Of a DNA stretch of 64,000 nucleotides, positions 1-7,646 are shown piece after piece; position 1 is the first letter of the stretch; the number at the start of each line of letters is the position of its first letter. The notes below the pieces were generated by a model. The model had not been told where the DNA came from. It ran no database searches and saw nothing but the letters and a program-made list of their open reading frames with translations. The position numbers were made by a program, and so were the translations under genes. Location of the stretch: contig MGPH01000028.1 of assembly GCA_001797365.1 (NCBI GenBank), forward strand, positions 5,687-69,686, written 5' to 3'. Origin of the DNA: Deltaproteobacteria bacterium GWA2_45_12. Lineage in GTDB: Bacteria > UBA10199.

Positions 1-1
1 T

Positions 2-199
2 GACTTAAGAAAATTGCCATCCCATGTTAGCTATGAAATTGTGGCCAAGGGCCAAATCTTGATGTGCCGTGATGAAAAAGAGCGGATTGAATTTTCTTGT
101 CGCGTGCTTCGGGAGTATTTCGACATGGAATACTATCGCCAGCGTTATTATAAAAAGATGATGGATCGCATTGAAGGAGGACGCTTTGGTCATCTCTAA
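2..199 (+). CDS. partial nucleotidyltransferase, MntA-like antitoxin C-terminal part (5' end outside window)
   Basis: Open frame from position 2 with no upstream stop, so it likely continues off the window. It overlaps the downstream HepT gene by about 29 nt, as is typical for MntA/HepT pairs. No in-window ATG; the ORF tool started at TTG 14. Confidence 0.4.
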   Translation, partial: DLRKLPSHVSYEIVAKGQILMCRDEKERIEFSCRVLREYFDMEYYRQRYYKKMMDRIEGGRFGHL

Positions 200-611
200 G
201 ACAGTCATTTTAGAACGGCTCAAAAAATTGGAGCAATGTTTAAAACGCCTGAAAACAATGGCCCAGATTTCAGAGGCTGATTTTCTTGGATCGTGGCGGG
301 ACCAGGACATTGCTGATAGAAACCTGCAATTGGCGGCAGAAGCTGTTTTTGATATTGCCAACCATATTATTTCAGAAAAAGGCTATGAAATGCCGACGAC
401 ATTGGAAGAAACCTTTCCGGTTCTGCAAAAGAACGGCATTCTCTCAGAGAATTTATATCAGAGATTACAGGGGCTGGGACGTTTTCGAAATCTTATTGTG
501 CATGAATATATGACTATCGATTACCACAAGATTTATTCCTATCTTCAGACTCACCTGGTTGATTTTGAAGCATTTGCCGCCGAAATAGGGCAATTCTTGA
601 AAAAATCCTGA
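171..611 (+). CDS. hepT: HepT-like toxin (DUF86, nucleotidyltransferase substrate-binding)
   Basis: The C-terminal R-x4-H-x-Y motif is present (RFRNLIVHEY). Size about 146 aa, overlapping the upstream NTase-like ORF. Confidence 0.7.
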   Translation: MKEDALVISKTVILERLKKLEQCLKRLKTMAQISEADFLGSWRDQDIADRNLQLAAEAVFDIANHIISEKGYEMPTTLEETFPVLQKNGILSENLYQRLQGLGRFRNLIVHEYMTIDYHKIYSYLQTHLVDFEAFAAEIGQFLKKS

Positions 612-632
612 AAATTTATCCTTCGACAAAAA

Positions 633-650
633 CTCGGCCCCTTGGGGCCG
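633..650 (-). terminator. Rho-independent terminator for the enoyl-CoA hydratase gene
   Basis: On the minus strand the hairpin cggcccc-aagg-ggccg is followed by AGTTTTTG. Confidence 0.6.
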
Positions 651-666
651 AAATAAAATGACGGAT

Positions 667-717
667 AACCCTGAGCGAATCCCGCATTGCGGGATGAGTC
701 GAAGGGTGGCTCAGGAT
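667..717. repeat. Family-2 palindromic repeat (cctgagcga...gtcgaaggg...gctcagg)
   Basis: Sequence aaccctgagcgaatcccgcattgcgggatgagtcgaagggtggctcaggat. Related copies at 5462, 6126, 18815, 24903, 28990 and 58748. Confidence 0.8.
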
Positions 718-745
718 GAAACTCGGGGGCTTGCCCCCGAGTTCT

Positions 746-1531
746 TCATTTCCCCACAAAATTCGGAGTGCGTTTTTGACGGATGGCGGCAATGCCTTCT
801 TTAATGTCTTGAGTGGCAAAGCAGGTGGCTTGGGCGGCGGAATCATAAATGAACATTTGCTCCAGGGTTTTGTGCATGGCCATTTGAATGCCTTTTTTGA
901 TAAGCCTTACCGGCACGGGGCCGTTTTGGGCTATTTTGGTGGCGATACTTTTCACATAGTCCATCAAGCTTTCAGCGGCCACTGCATCGTTAAGCAGGCC
1001 ATAGTCAAGGGCCTGTTCCGCTTCAAAAACATTCCCTGTCAAAAGAATTTCAGAAGCCATGGTGGGCCCCACCAGGCGGGTGATGAGATAAGTGCCCCCC
1101 ATGCCGGGGGCCAGGCCAAGGCGGGCAAAATTAGCCCCCAATTTGGCCGTGGTGGCGGCATAGCGAAGGTCGCAGGCCAACGCCAGGCAAAAGCCGGCTC
1201 CCACTGCGGGGCCGTTAATGGCGGCAATCACGGGGATGGGTAGTTTGCGAATTTCAAGAAATGTTTTATAAAAATTCTGTAATTCTTTCTGGTTGGTGGC
1301 TTTTTTCTTCTTGATTTTGGATTCCAGCATTTCAAGATTGCCACCGCTTGAAAAAGCGCGTCCGGCGCCTGTAATAATGACCACGCGAATTTGGGGATCT
1401 GATTTGATCTGTTTTAAAATGGCCCCAAAAGCCTTGCCCATGGTTTCATCCATGGCATTCAAAGTTTCAGGGCGGTTGAAGGTGAGGGTGGCGATATTTT
1501 TTTCAACTTGAAATAAAATGGGTTCGTTCAT
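746..1531 (-). CDS. enoyl-CoA hydratase/isomerase (crotonase family)
   Basis: Crotonase fold motifs (ITGAGRAFSSGGNL, AAINGPAVGAGFCLALACDLRYA). Probable start is the ATG at 1529-1531 (MNEPILFQVEK...); the ORF tool extends to 1600. Confidence 0.85.
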   Translation of the reverse strand: MNEPILFQVEKNIATLTFNRPETLNAMDETMGKAFGAILKQIKSDPQIRVVIITGAGRAFSSGGNLEMLESKIKKKKATNQKELQNFYKTFLEIRKLPIPVIAAINGPAVGAGFCLALACDLRYAATTAKLGANFARLGLAPGMGGTYLITRLVGPTMASEILLTGNVFEAEQALDYGLLNDAVAAESLMDYVKSIATKIAQNGPVPVRLIKKGIQMAMHKTLEQMFIYDSAAQATCFATQDIKEGIAAIRQKRTPNFVGK

Positions 1532-1575
1532 AGAAGTTGAATCCTCTGAAAGAGTCTCAAATTTTTCCAATTCAT

Positions 1576-1625
1576 GGTTCGACAGGCTCACCATGTCCAA
1601 TGTATAGCTTATCGAAGGGTTTAAC
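1576..1625. repeat. partial copy of the MITE terminal module (ggttcgacaggctcaccatgtcc) plus cgaaggg tail
   Basis: Matches the reverse complement of the 5' TIR of the elements at 38188 and 62119. Confidence 0.6.
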
Positions 1626-1626
1626 T

Positions 1627-2277
1627 ATGTCATCTTTTCAATCCCAATTCTTGGGACGAATTTCTTATGCCGAAGCTCTTGGGTTAATGCAAGAATTTAA
1701 AGCGAAGCGGCAGAATAACGAAATAGGGGACCAGATTCTCTTTTTGGAACACCAAGCTGTCGTCACCATGGGAAGAAAACCTTCCGAAAAAGATTTATAT
1801 CTTAAGAAAGAAGAGCTTCTTAAAAAAAATATCGATTTTGTCAAAACAGATCGGGGTGGCAAGCTTACTTACCATGGGCCTGGGCAGTTGGTGATTTATT
1901 TTGTTTTTGATATTCAAAAACGGGGATATTCCATTGAAGAGTGGGTTTGGAATGTGGAGGAAGGGGTCAGAAAGTTTTTGAGCGAGAAGGGAGTTGAGTG
2001 TGAGCGGGATGAGGATAATCCGGGGTTGTGGGTGAGGGCGGCTCACGAACCGCCCCTACAAAAAATTTGCTCCGTAGGATTTCATGTTTCTAAAGGGGTG
2101 ACAACCCATGGTGTGGCCCTGAATCTTGATTGTGATCTAACCCCTTTTGGTTATTTTTTACCGTGTGGTGTTGAAGGCAGAGGAATAACCAGTGTTTTAA
2201 AAGAGACAGGGAAAAAATTGTTCTTGGAAGAAGCCGCAAAAGAAATTGAAGGTATTTATCGGGGGTTGTTTACGTAG
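1627..2277 (+). CDS. lipB: lipoyl(octanoyl) transferase LipB
   Basis: RGGKLTYHGPGQLVIY motif and the KICSVG catalytic region are present. Contains the in-frame 25 nt palindromic element at 2036-2060. The stop TAG 2275-2277 lies inside a GTAGGGG repeat. Confidence 0.9.
   Translation: MSSFQSQFLGRISYAEALGLMQEFKAKRQNNEIGDQILFLEHQAVVTMGRKPSEKDLYLKKEELLKKNIDFVKTDRGGKLTYHGPGQLVIYFVFDIQKRGYSIEEWVWNVEEGVRKFLSEKGVECERDEDNPGLWVRAAHEPPLQKICSVGFHVSKGVTTHGVALNLDCDLTPFGYFLPCGVEGRGITSVLKETGKKLFLEEAAKEIEGIYRGLFT
2036..2060. repeat. Family-1 palindromic element gggcggctcacgaaccgcccctaca inside the lipB coding frame
   Basis: Near-identical copy at 45352-45377 (gggcggttcacgaaccgcccctaca). Encodes RAAHEPPLQ between the conserved LWV and KICSVG blocks of LipB. 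Confidence 0.8.
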
Positions 2278-2300
2278 GGGCGCCGCTTGCCGCGCCCCCC
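2274..2300. repeat. Family-1 half-site gtaggggcgccgcttgccgcgcccccc
   Basis: Same arm as at 13103-13126. Overlaps the lipB stop codon. Confidence 0.8.
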
Positions 2301-2308
2301 ATGCACCC

Positions 2309-3508
2309 TCACCCCAACCAGATCGATTCCCGTTTTTTAAGGCGTTTGTTGATCATGCTTTGAATGGTCTGTCTTACTTCTTCTGAAAGACGGTTGATAA
2401 GCAAGTCGTCATTTAAACCCTGTTCCCCATATTTTTCGTAGGAAATAGCGGGGGCGTATTGGATGTCCCATTTGGCAGGAAGCGGGATAAGCCCAAAAAG
2501 CCCAAGCCAGGGGAAGGTGGGGGTAAAGGGGATGAAGGGGACCCCAATGGCCTTTGCCAGGGAATTGGATTTGAAAATGACGGGATGAATTTCTTCAGCC
2601 CCGATGACGGCCGTGGGAACGATGGGGCTTTTGGTTTTCATGGCCAGCTTTATGAAGCCACCCCGACCAAAACGCTGAAGTTTATAACGGTTTTTAAAAC
2701 TTTTACCGATTCCCTTGACGCCCTCAGGAAACACAATGACCGCGTGCCCGGCTTTAAGAAGCAATTCGGCATTTTCCGGGCAGGCACGCACCCCACCCAG
2801 CCGATGCATGGCTGTTCCCAGAAAGGGCATGTGATAGGCAAAATCTTCGACCAAAAATCGGGCATCCTCGCGCACGGGGTGGTCATTCATAATGGCTACT
2901 TTAAGCATGGAGCCATCCCAGGGAATGGTTCCTGAATGATTGGCGACAATAAGGGCGGGGCCCTCATCGGGAACATGATGCATATCCCAGGTATTGACCC
3001 GCCAATAGGTTTGATACATGAAATCAAAAAAAGGTTTTACTTTTTCAATCAACCGCCGGTCCATGCCGAAGAGATCCACTTCTTCTTCATATTCCTGGTT
3101 GCCTAAACTCTGGATGACGTTTCGATAAAAATCAAAAGTGAACACCTTCACCAGTTGCGAGGTGAGGTTTTTGACCAATTCAAGACGGTCTTTTTCTTCT
3201 TGTTCCAGTTTTTCTTGAATGGATAGAAAATTGAAGGTTTTCTGAACACGGGCCTCCAATTGTTCGGCAAATTGTTCCAGCTCGCATCGCAATTGCAGTT
3301 CGCCTAGCTTGTGGGAAATTTTTTTGTTGATAAGGGTGCTTAAATCATTGTCTGCCATTTCTATGGATTGGGCTAAACTTTGGGGAAGCGTGTTTAAGCT
3401 TTCATCAAGATTCTTGGCGAGGTTTTCAAAAATGGGTGGAGATTCTTTTCTGTTTTTACCACGATAGAAAGAAAGCACTTTGGGATTTTGTTTTAACGGT
3501 TGTTCCAT
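2309..3508 (-). CDS. lysophospholipid (1-acyl-sn-glycerol-3-phosphate) acyltransferase family protein with N-terminal coiled-coil extension
   Basis: NHSGTIPWD (H-x4-D-like) and VIVFPEG acyltransferase motifs in the C-terminal half. About 190 aa of charged helical N-terminal extension. Confidence 0.7.
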   Translation of the reverse strand: MEQPLKQNPKVLSFYRGKNRKESPPIFENLAKNLDESLNTLPQSLAQSIEMADNDLSTLINKKISHKLGELQLRCELEQFAEQLEARVQKTFNFLSIQEKLEQEEKDRLELVKNLTSQLVKVFTFDFYRNVIQSLGNQEYEEEVDLFGMDRRLIEKVKPFFDFMYQTYWRVNTWDMHHVPDEGPALIVANHSGTIPWDGSMLKVAIMNDHPVREDARFLVEDFAYHMPFLGTAMHRLGGVRACPENAELLLKAGHAVIVFPEGVKGIGKSFKNRYKLQRFGRGGFIKLAMKTKSPIVPTAVIGAEEIHPVIFKSNSLAKAIGVPFIPFTPTFPWLGLFGLIPLPAKWDIQYAPAISYEKYGEQGLNDDLLINRLSEEVRQTIQSMINKRLKKRESIWLG

Positions 3509-3565
3509 ATAATATCCCCCTTTATCCCGCTACGCGGTGATAAAGGGGGATGATACGGGGGAAAC

Positions 3566-4585
3566 CTACGCCTCAATCAACTGAATTTCCCGCAATTTTT
3601 CCGCCCCCACAAAACTGATCAGGGCTTCCTTGGAGGAAAAACCTGGGTTGAATTCCAGAATTTTTTTTGCCTTGGAACCGTCAGCCACATACGTATACCG
3701 CAAAAAATCGACATGCGAGCCGGGGGCCGGGGATAAATCGGCGAGCCAGGCCAATTGCACCAGTGTTTTAAAGCCGAATTGGGGCAGTTGAAAATTGACC
3801 CTTCCGCAAATTTTGATGACCCGCGACAAGGGAAGCACCCCATCCCCCACAATATTAAAAATGCCGGGGCAATTTTTTTGAAGAGCCAGCTTGAAAGCCT
3901 TCATCAGGTCTTCTTCATGTAAAAACTGGACAAGGGGGTCAAACCCCAAAATGGTGGTGACAAACAAATTTCTTAAAAAACGGGTTTTATAACTATTAAC
4001 CGTGGGCCCCAAAATGGTGCATGGGCGCAGAATGGTGGCGGTGCATGAGGGATGTTTTTTTGAAAAATTCAAAACTTGTTTTTCTGCATCGATTTTATCG
4101 GTCAAGAAAGGTCCTTGCTGGAATCCTTTTGGCTCATGAACGTCTTCCTGCAAAAAATTCGGGTTTTTGATGGAAGCCCCATAAACATCAGTCGTAGACG
4201 CTAAAATAATTTTTCTAATGCGAGCTTCGGCGCATGCATTAAGGACATACATCGTTCCCACAGAAACAAGTTCATGGGCATACGAAGGATTTTTTGGGGG
4301 CGTTACCGGTAGGGCGCAGTGTAGCAAGGTATCGCATTGTTCCCTTTTAAGGATGTCCGCCAATCGCGCATCGGCTAAAGTTTCGGTGAGATCAAGGTGA
4401 TAGTATTTCGTTTTTTTGGATTCGTAAGCCGCTTCTTTGGTGTCAAGGGCGATCAATTGTTCCACGGAGGGATCTTTTTCCAGCGTATCAAGCAGGCAAG
4501 ATCCGATAAACCCCGCTGATCCCGTAATGGCCACGCGGGAGGAGGTGGTCTTTATTGCTGACGGGTTTTTCTTTTTATCGGCCAT
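3566..4585 (-). CDS. NAD-dependent epimerase/dehydratase (SDR family)
   Basis: N-terminal ITGSAGFIGSCLL Rossmann motif. Lies upstream of and co-oriented with the acyltransferase. Confidence 0.8.
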   Translation of the reverse strand: MADKKKNPSAIKTTSSRVAITGSAGFIGSCLLDTLEKDPSVEQLIALDTKEAAYESKKTKYYHLDLTETLADARLADILKREQCDTLLHCALPVTPPKNPSYAHELVSVGTMYVLNACAEARIRKIILASTTDVYGASIKNPNFLQEDVHEPKGFQQGPFLTDKIDAEKQVLNFSKKHPSCTATILRPCTILGPTVNSYKTRFLRNLFVTTILGFDPLVQFLHEEDLMKAFKLALQKNCPGIFNIVGDGVLPLSRVIKICGRVNFQLPQFGFKTLVQLAWLADLSPAPGSHVDFLRYTYVADGSKAKKILEFNPGFSSKEALISFVGAEKLREIQLIEA

Positions 4586-4711
4586 GAGGACTAAAACCCT
4601 CTACCCCCTGTTGTCCCCTCCTTCGACAGGCTCAGGACGGCGCTTACAAAGGGGGACAGAAGAATGAGTGAATCCCCTACAAAGAGGGACAGTTTTTAGT
4701 CTCCCCTCCTT

Positions 4712-4770
4712 TATAAGGAGGGGATTACCCATCATTCTCCCCTCCTTGTTAAGGAGGGGATTAAGGGGAG
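4712..4770. repeat. two tandem perfect palindromes TCCCCTCCTT-n3/4-AAGGAGGGGA
   Basis: Copies at 4712-4734 and 4748-4770. The arms resemble the anti-SD and SD sequences. They lie in the 5' leader of the epimerase gene and at the 3' end of the 4787 gene. Confidence 0.75.
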
Positions 4771-4786
4771 GTAGAATTCAAATTTC

Positions 4787-5215
4787 CTAAGTTTCCCATT
4801 TTACTTTTTTATAAAAATAAAAAGTGATCAAAAACATGCTGCCGTCTGAAATAACACCGACAAGATAAGCCAGGGAATAACCCTGCTTGAAGTAAAAAAC
4901 AAAAAAGAAGAAGGTTGAGACGAATTTGGAAATTAAAAAGGGGATGACAAAATCAATATTGCGGCGAATATCTTTTTGGGCCCAATAACAAAGAAAAATA
5001 AGAACCACCATGAGCGACAAGGTTAACGTCAGCCAGAAAAACTCGCTCGGTTCGTTAATCAGGGGAAGTTTGGGAAAAAAACGCGTGGACACTTTATTGA
5101 TGCTTATGAGCAATTGATTCCCAAAGAAAAGAAAAAAGACCCCGGCTGACCCAAGAATAAGCATCCATGTTTGAAGAAGATTTTTAAGGTTTTTTTCGGC
5201 GGGGGTTAATTCCAT
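4787..5215 (-). CDS. hypothetical small integral membrane protein
   Basis: Four hydrophobic helices. No recognisable family. Confidence 0.5.
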   Translation of the reverse strand: MELTPAEKNLKNLLQTWMLILGSAGVFFLFFGNQLLISINKVSTRFFPKLPLINEPSEFFWLTLTLSLMVVLIFLCYWAQKDIRRNIDFVIPFLISKFVSTFFFFVFYFKQGYSLAYLVGVISDGSMFLITFYFYKKVKWET

Positions 5216-5265
5216 TGGAAATACTTATCTCATAAATAACAGAAGGGGGCAATGCTGGAATTATG

Positions 5266-6120
5266 TTAGCCGACAATCTTCCCCATCCCCACAATCCCAT
5301 GGCATTTGGAATGTGTGGCAACAATAAATTTCGTAGGGGCGAGGTTTCCTCGCCCAAAACTCTTTTTCAATTTTCTCCATTCCTCCGCAATATTTTTTAA
5401 GGGGATGTAAGCCACGCCGTAAACCAATGCGGTGCAAAAAAAGGTGTGGATAGTTGTAGTTGGACCCTGAGCGGAGTGGGCCCTGAGCGGAGTCGAAGGG
5501 TTGAAGGGTCGCAGAACTTTCTTAAAATGTTCCCGAAAATCCCAAGTGCGTGGGGCTTGGGTGTGGGGGCAAATAGTGGGCTCGTCACAATCTAAGGGAC
5601 AGATCCAAGTTGCAAAACTTGTCGCTACAATTCCGGAATCGAAATTTTTTTGGTAGGGGGTGTTAAGGGATTGATTGTAAGGAATGATTTCTGTTTTAAA
5701 TCCTTCTTTCTCCAAGAGCTCTAAAAAAACCTTAAAAAAAACATGGGGGGCAGTGTGGTCGGGAATGAGGATGTCATTCTCATCAACGGTATAAACCCAA
5801 GGGCAAGCCTTGGAAGATTCTCCGCCTAAGGTGGAGGGTTTTGACCCGGCAAGGCGCGTCCCCGAAGCCAACGAGCGTAGGGGATCAAAACCCTGATTAA
5901 GAATATCGACGATAAATTGGGAATAAGATTTTTTAATGATTTGATTCGGATGTTTTTTTTCTGCCAGGGAATTTGGTTTGTCATCAACAAAGAACAGGGA
6001 TTTGAAATCGATAAGCCCTTCTTTTTTGGCCCTGATTAATTTTTGCCCGTAATCGAGCGAGAGTTTGTGGGTGCCGAGGATGTAAATAGAGTGAAGGGAG
6101 AACATTAGCCATTTCCTCAA
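5266..6120 (-). CDS. hypothetical Cys-containing protein; C-terminal portion is made of repeat-element sequence
   Basis: ORF of 284 aa. Two repeat elements (5333-5355, 5462-5510) fall in-frame in its C-terminal third. Confidence 0.45.
   Translation of the reverse strand: MRKWLMFSLHSIYILGTHKLSLDYGQKLIRAKKEGLIDFKSLFFVDDKPNSLAEKKHPNQIIKKSYSQFIVDILNQGFDPLRSLASGTRLAGSKPSTLGGESSKACPWVYTVDENDILIPDHTAPHVFFKVFLELLEKEGFKTEIIPYNQSLNTPYQKNFDSGIVATSFATWICPLDCDEPTICPHTQAPRTWDFREHFKKVLRPFNPSTPLRAHSAQGPTTTIHTFFCTALVYGVAYIPLKNIAEEWRKLKKSFGRGNLAPTKFIVATHSKCHGIVGMGKIVG
5333..5355. repeat. Family-1 element gtaggggcgaggtttcctcgccc
   Basis: gtaggggcg core with an internal hairpin. Confidence 0.7.
5462..5510. repeat. 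Family-2 tandem unit (ccctgagcggagtgggccctgagcggagtcgaaggg)
   Basis: Direct duplication of the cctgagcgg motif. Confidence 0.75.
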
Positions 6121-6125
6121 ATGAC

Positions 6126-6195
6126 GGGCCTTCGACTTCGCTCAGGCATCGGTCTCTAAGCAGAGTGGTCCCCGAGCGGAGTCGAGGGGGCGAAG
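6126..6195. repeat. Family-2 repeat pair downstream of gltD
   Basis: Sequence gggccttcgacttcgctcagg ... ggtccccgagcggagtcgagggggcgaag. Confidence 0.75.
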
Positions 6196-6200
6196 TGACA

Positions 6201-7646
6201 TCAACACCCCATCAATAATTCCGTCTCCCCCATTAAATATTTGTCAATCGACTTCGCACATTCCCGCCCTTCGGCGATGGCCCAGACGATGAGGGACTGG
6301 CCGCGCCGGGCGTCTCCTGCGGCAAAGATGCCGGGGACGGAAGACATTTTTGTTTCATCGGTTTTAATGTTGCCACGCGCATCAAGAACTAGGCCTGCTT
6401 CTTCGATGGCGCCTTTTTTTTCAGGCCCGACAAACCCCAAAGCCAAAAGGACAAGATCGGCCTCAAGCGAGAATTCACTTCCGGGGATTTCTTTAAACGA
6501 TGGGCGTTCAGAAGGGGAGGACGGCTTTATCCATTCAAGATGGACGCAATTAATTTTTTTAATGACACCATTTTCTCCTGAAAAGCTTTTGGTCAAAATG
6601 GAATATTCACGAGCCCCCCCTTCGTCGTGGGCCGGTGAAGTTCTGTAAACAAGGGGCCATTGGGGCCAGGGGTTGTCAAAATCACGTTCTTTGGGAGGTT
6701 GGGGCAAAAGTTCAATTTGATGAATCTGTTTGGCCCCTTGACGGTGGGCGGTTCCCAGACAATCAGCTCCTGTATCACCACCCCCAAGGATGATGACGTT
6801 TTTTCCATGGGCGGTAATTTGATTTTCAATTTTTTCTCCGGCATTCACCCGGTTTTGCTGGGTAAGATATTCCATGGCCGGATGAATGCCTTTAAGTTCG
6901 CGTCCGGGAAGGGGCAGATCACGCGCCTGGGTAGAACCCATGCACAGAGCAATGGCATGATAATCTTTTTGAAGAGCTTTAAACGGCATGGTCTTGCCAA
7001 TGGAAACACTTGTTTTGAAAACAACCCCTTCGGCCTCCATTTGCTTGATGCGTTGGTCAATACGCCATTTTTCCATTTTAAAATCGGGGATTCCATAACG
7101 GAGTAAACCCCCAATGCGGTCATCGCGTTCAAAGACAGTCACTTCATGACCCACGCGGGCCAATTGTTGCGCACAGGCAAGGCCGGCCGGGCCTGAGCCC
7201 ACAACAGCTACCTTTTTACTGGTTAATTTTTTTGCAGGCTGGGGTTTGACCCATCCACTTTTAAAAGCATGATCGATAATATTAAACTCGATATATTTAA
7301 TAGTGACGGGCGGTGCGTTAATTCCAAGTACACACGCCCCTTCGCATGGGGCCGGGCACAAGCGGCCGGTGAATTCAGGAAAATTATTGGTGGCATGCAA
7401 ACGGTCGATGGCGTCTTTCCAGCGGTTACGATAAACAAGATCATTCCAATCGGGGATCAAATTACCCAAAGGGCAGCCTTGATGACAAAAGGGGACGCCG
7501 CAGTCCATGCAACGGGCTCCCTGGCGCTTGATGGAGTCTTCCGGGAATTCCTTGTAGATTTCCTTGTAGTCGTGAACCCTTTCCTGAATGGAACGTTCAG
7601 GGGTGCCTTCACGAGGGTATTCCATAAAACCGGTAGGCTTACCCAT
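6201..7646 (-). CDS. gltD: glutamate synthase (NADPH) small subunit GltD
   Basis: N-terminal 4Fe-4S Cys clusters ([16 protein letters not shown]; [11 protein letters not shown]) and FAD/NAD(P) Rossmann motifs ([12 protein letters not shown]). Overlaps gltB by 8 nt. Confidence 0.9.
   Translation of the reverse strand: MGKPTGFMEYPREGTPERSIQERVHDYKEIYKEFPEDSIKRQGARCMDCGVPFCHQGCPLGNLIPDWNDLVYRNRWKDAIDRLHATNNFPEFTGRLCPAPCEGACVLGINAPPVTIKYIEFNIIDHAFKSGWVKPQPAKKLTSKKVAVVGSGPAGLACAQQLARVGHEVTVFERDDRIGGLLRYGIPDFKMEKWRIDQRIKQMEAEGVVFKTSVSIGKTMPFKALQKDYHAIALCMGSTQARDLPLPGRELKGIHPAMEYLTQQNRVNAGEKIENQITAHGKNVIILGGGDTGADCLGTAHRQGAKQIHQIELLPQPPKERDFDNPWPQWPLVYRTSPAHDEGGAREYSILTKSFSGENGVIKKINCVHLEWIKPSSPSERPSFKEIPGSEFSLEADLVLLALGFVGPEKKGAIEEAGLVLDARGNIKTDETKMSSVPGIFAAGDARRGQSLIVWAIAEGRECAKSIDKYLMGETELLMGC

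Noticed and set aside
616-1243. ORFs 616..846 (-) and 716..1243 (+), and the 1537 extension of the lipB frame.
   Set aside because: They overlap the well-supported enoyl-CoA hydratase gene or consist of translated repeat sequence. The 1537-1626 extension of the lipB frame covers the MITE fragment, and a proper start exists at 1627.
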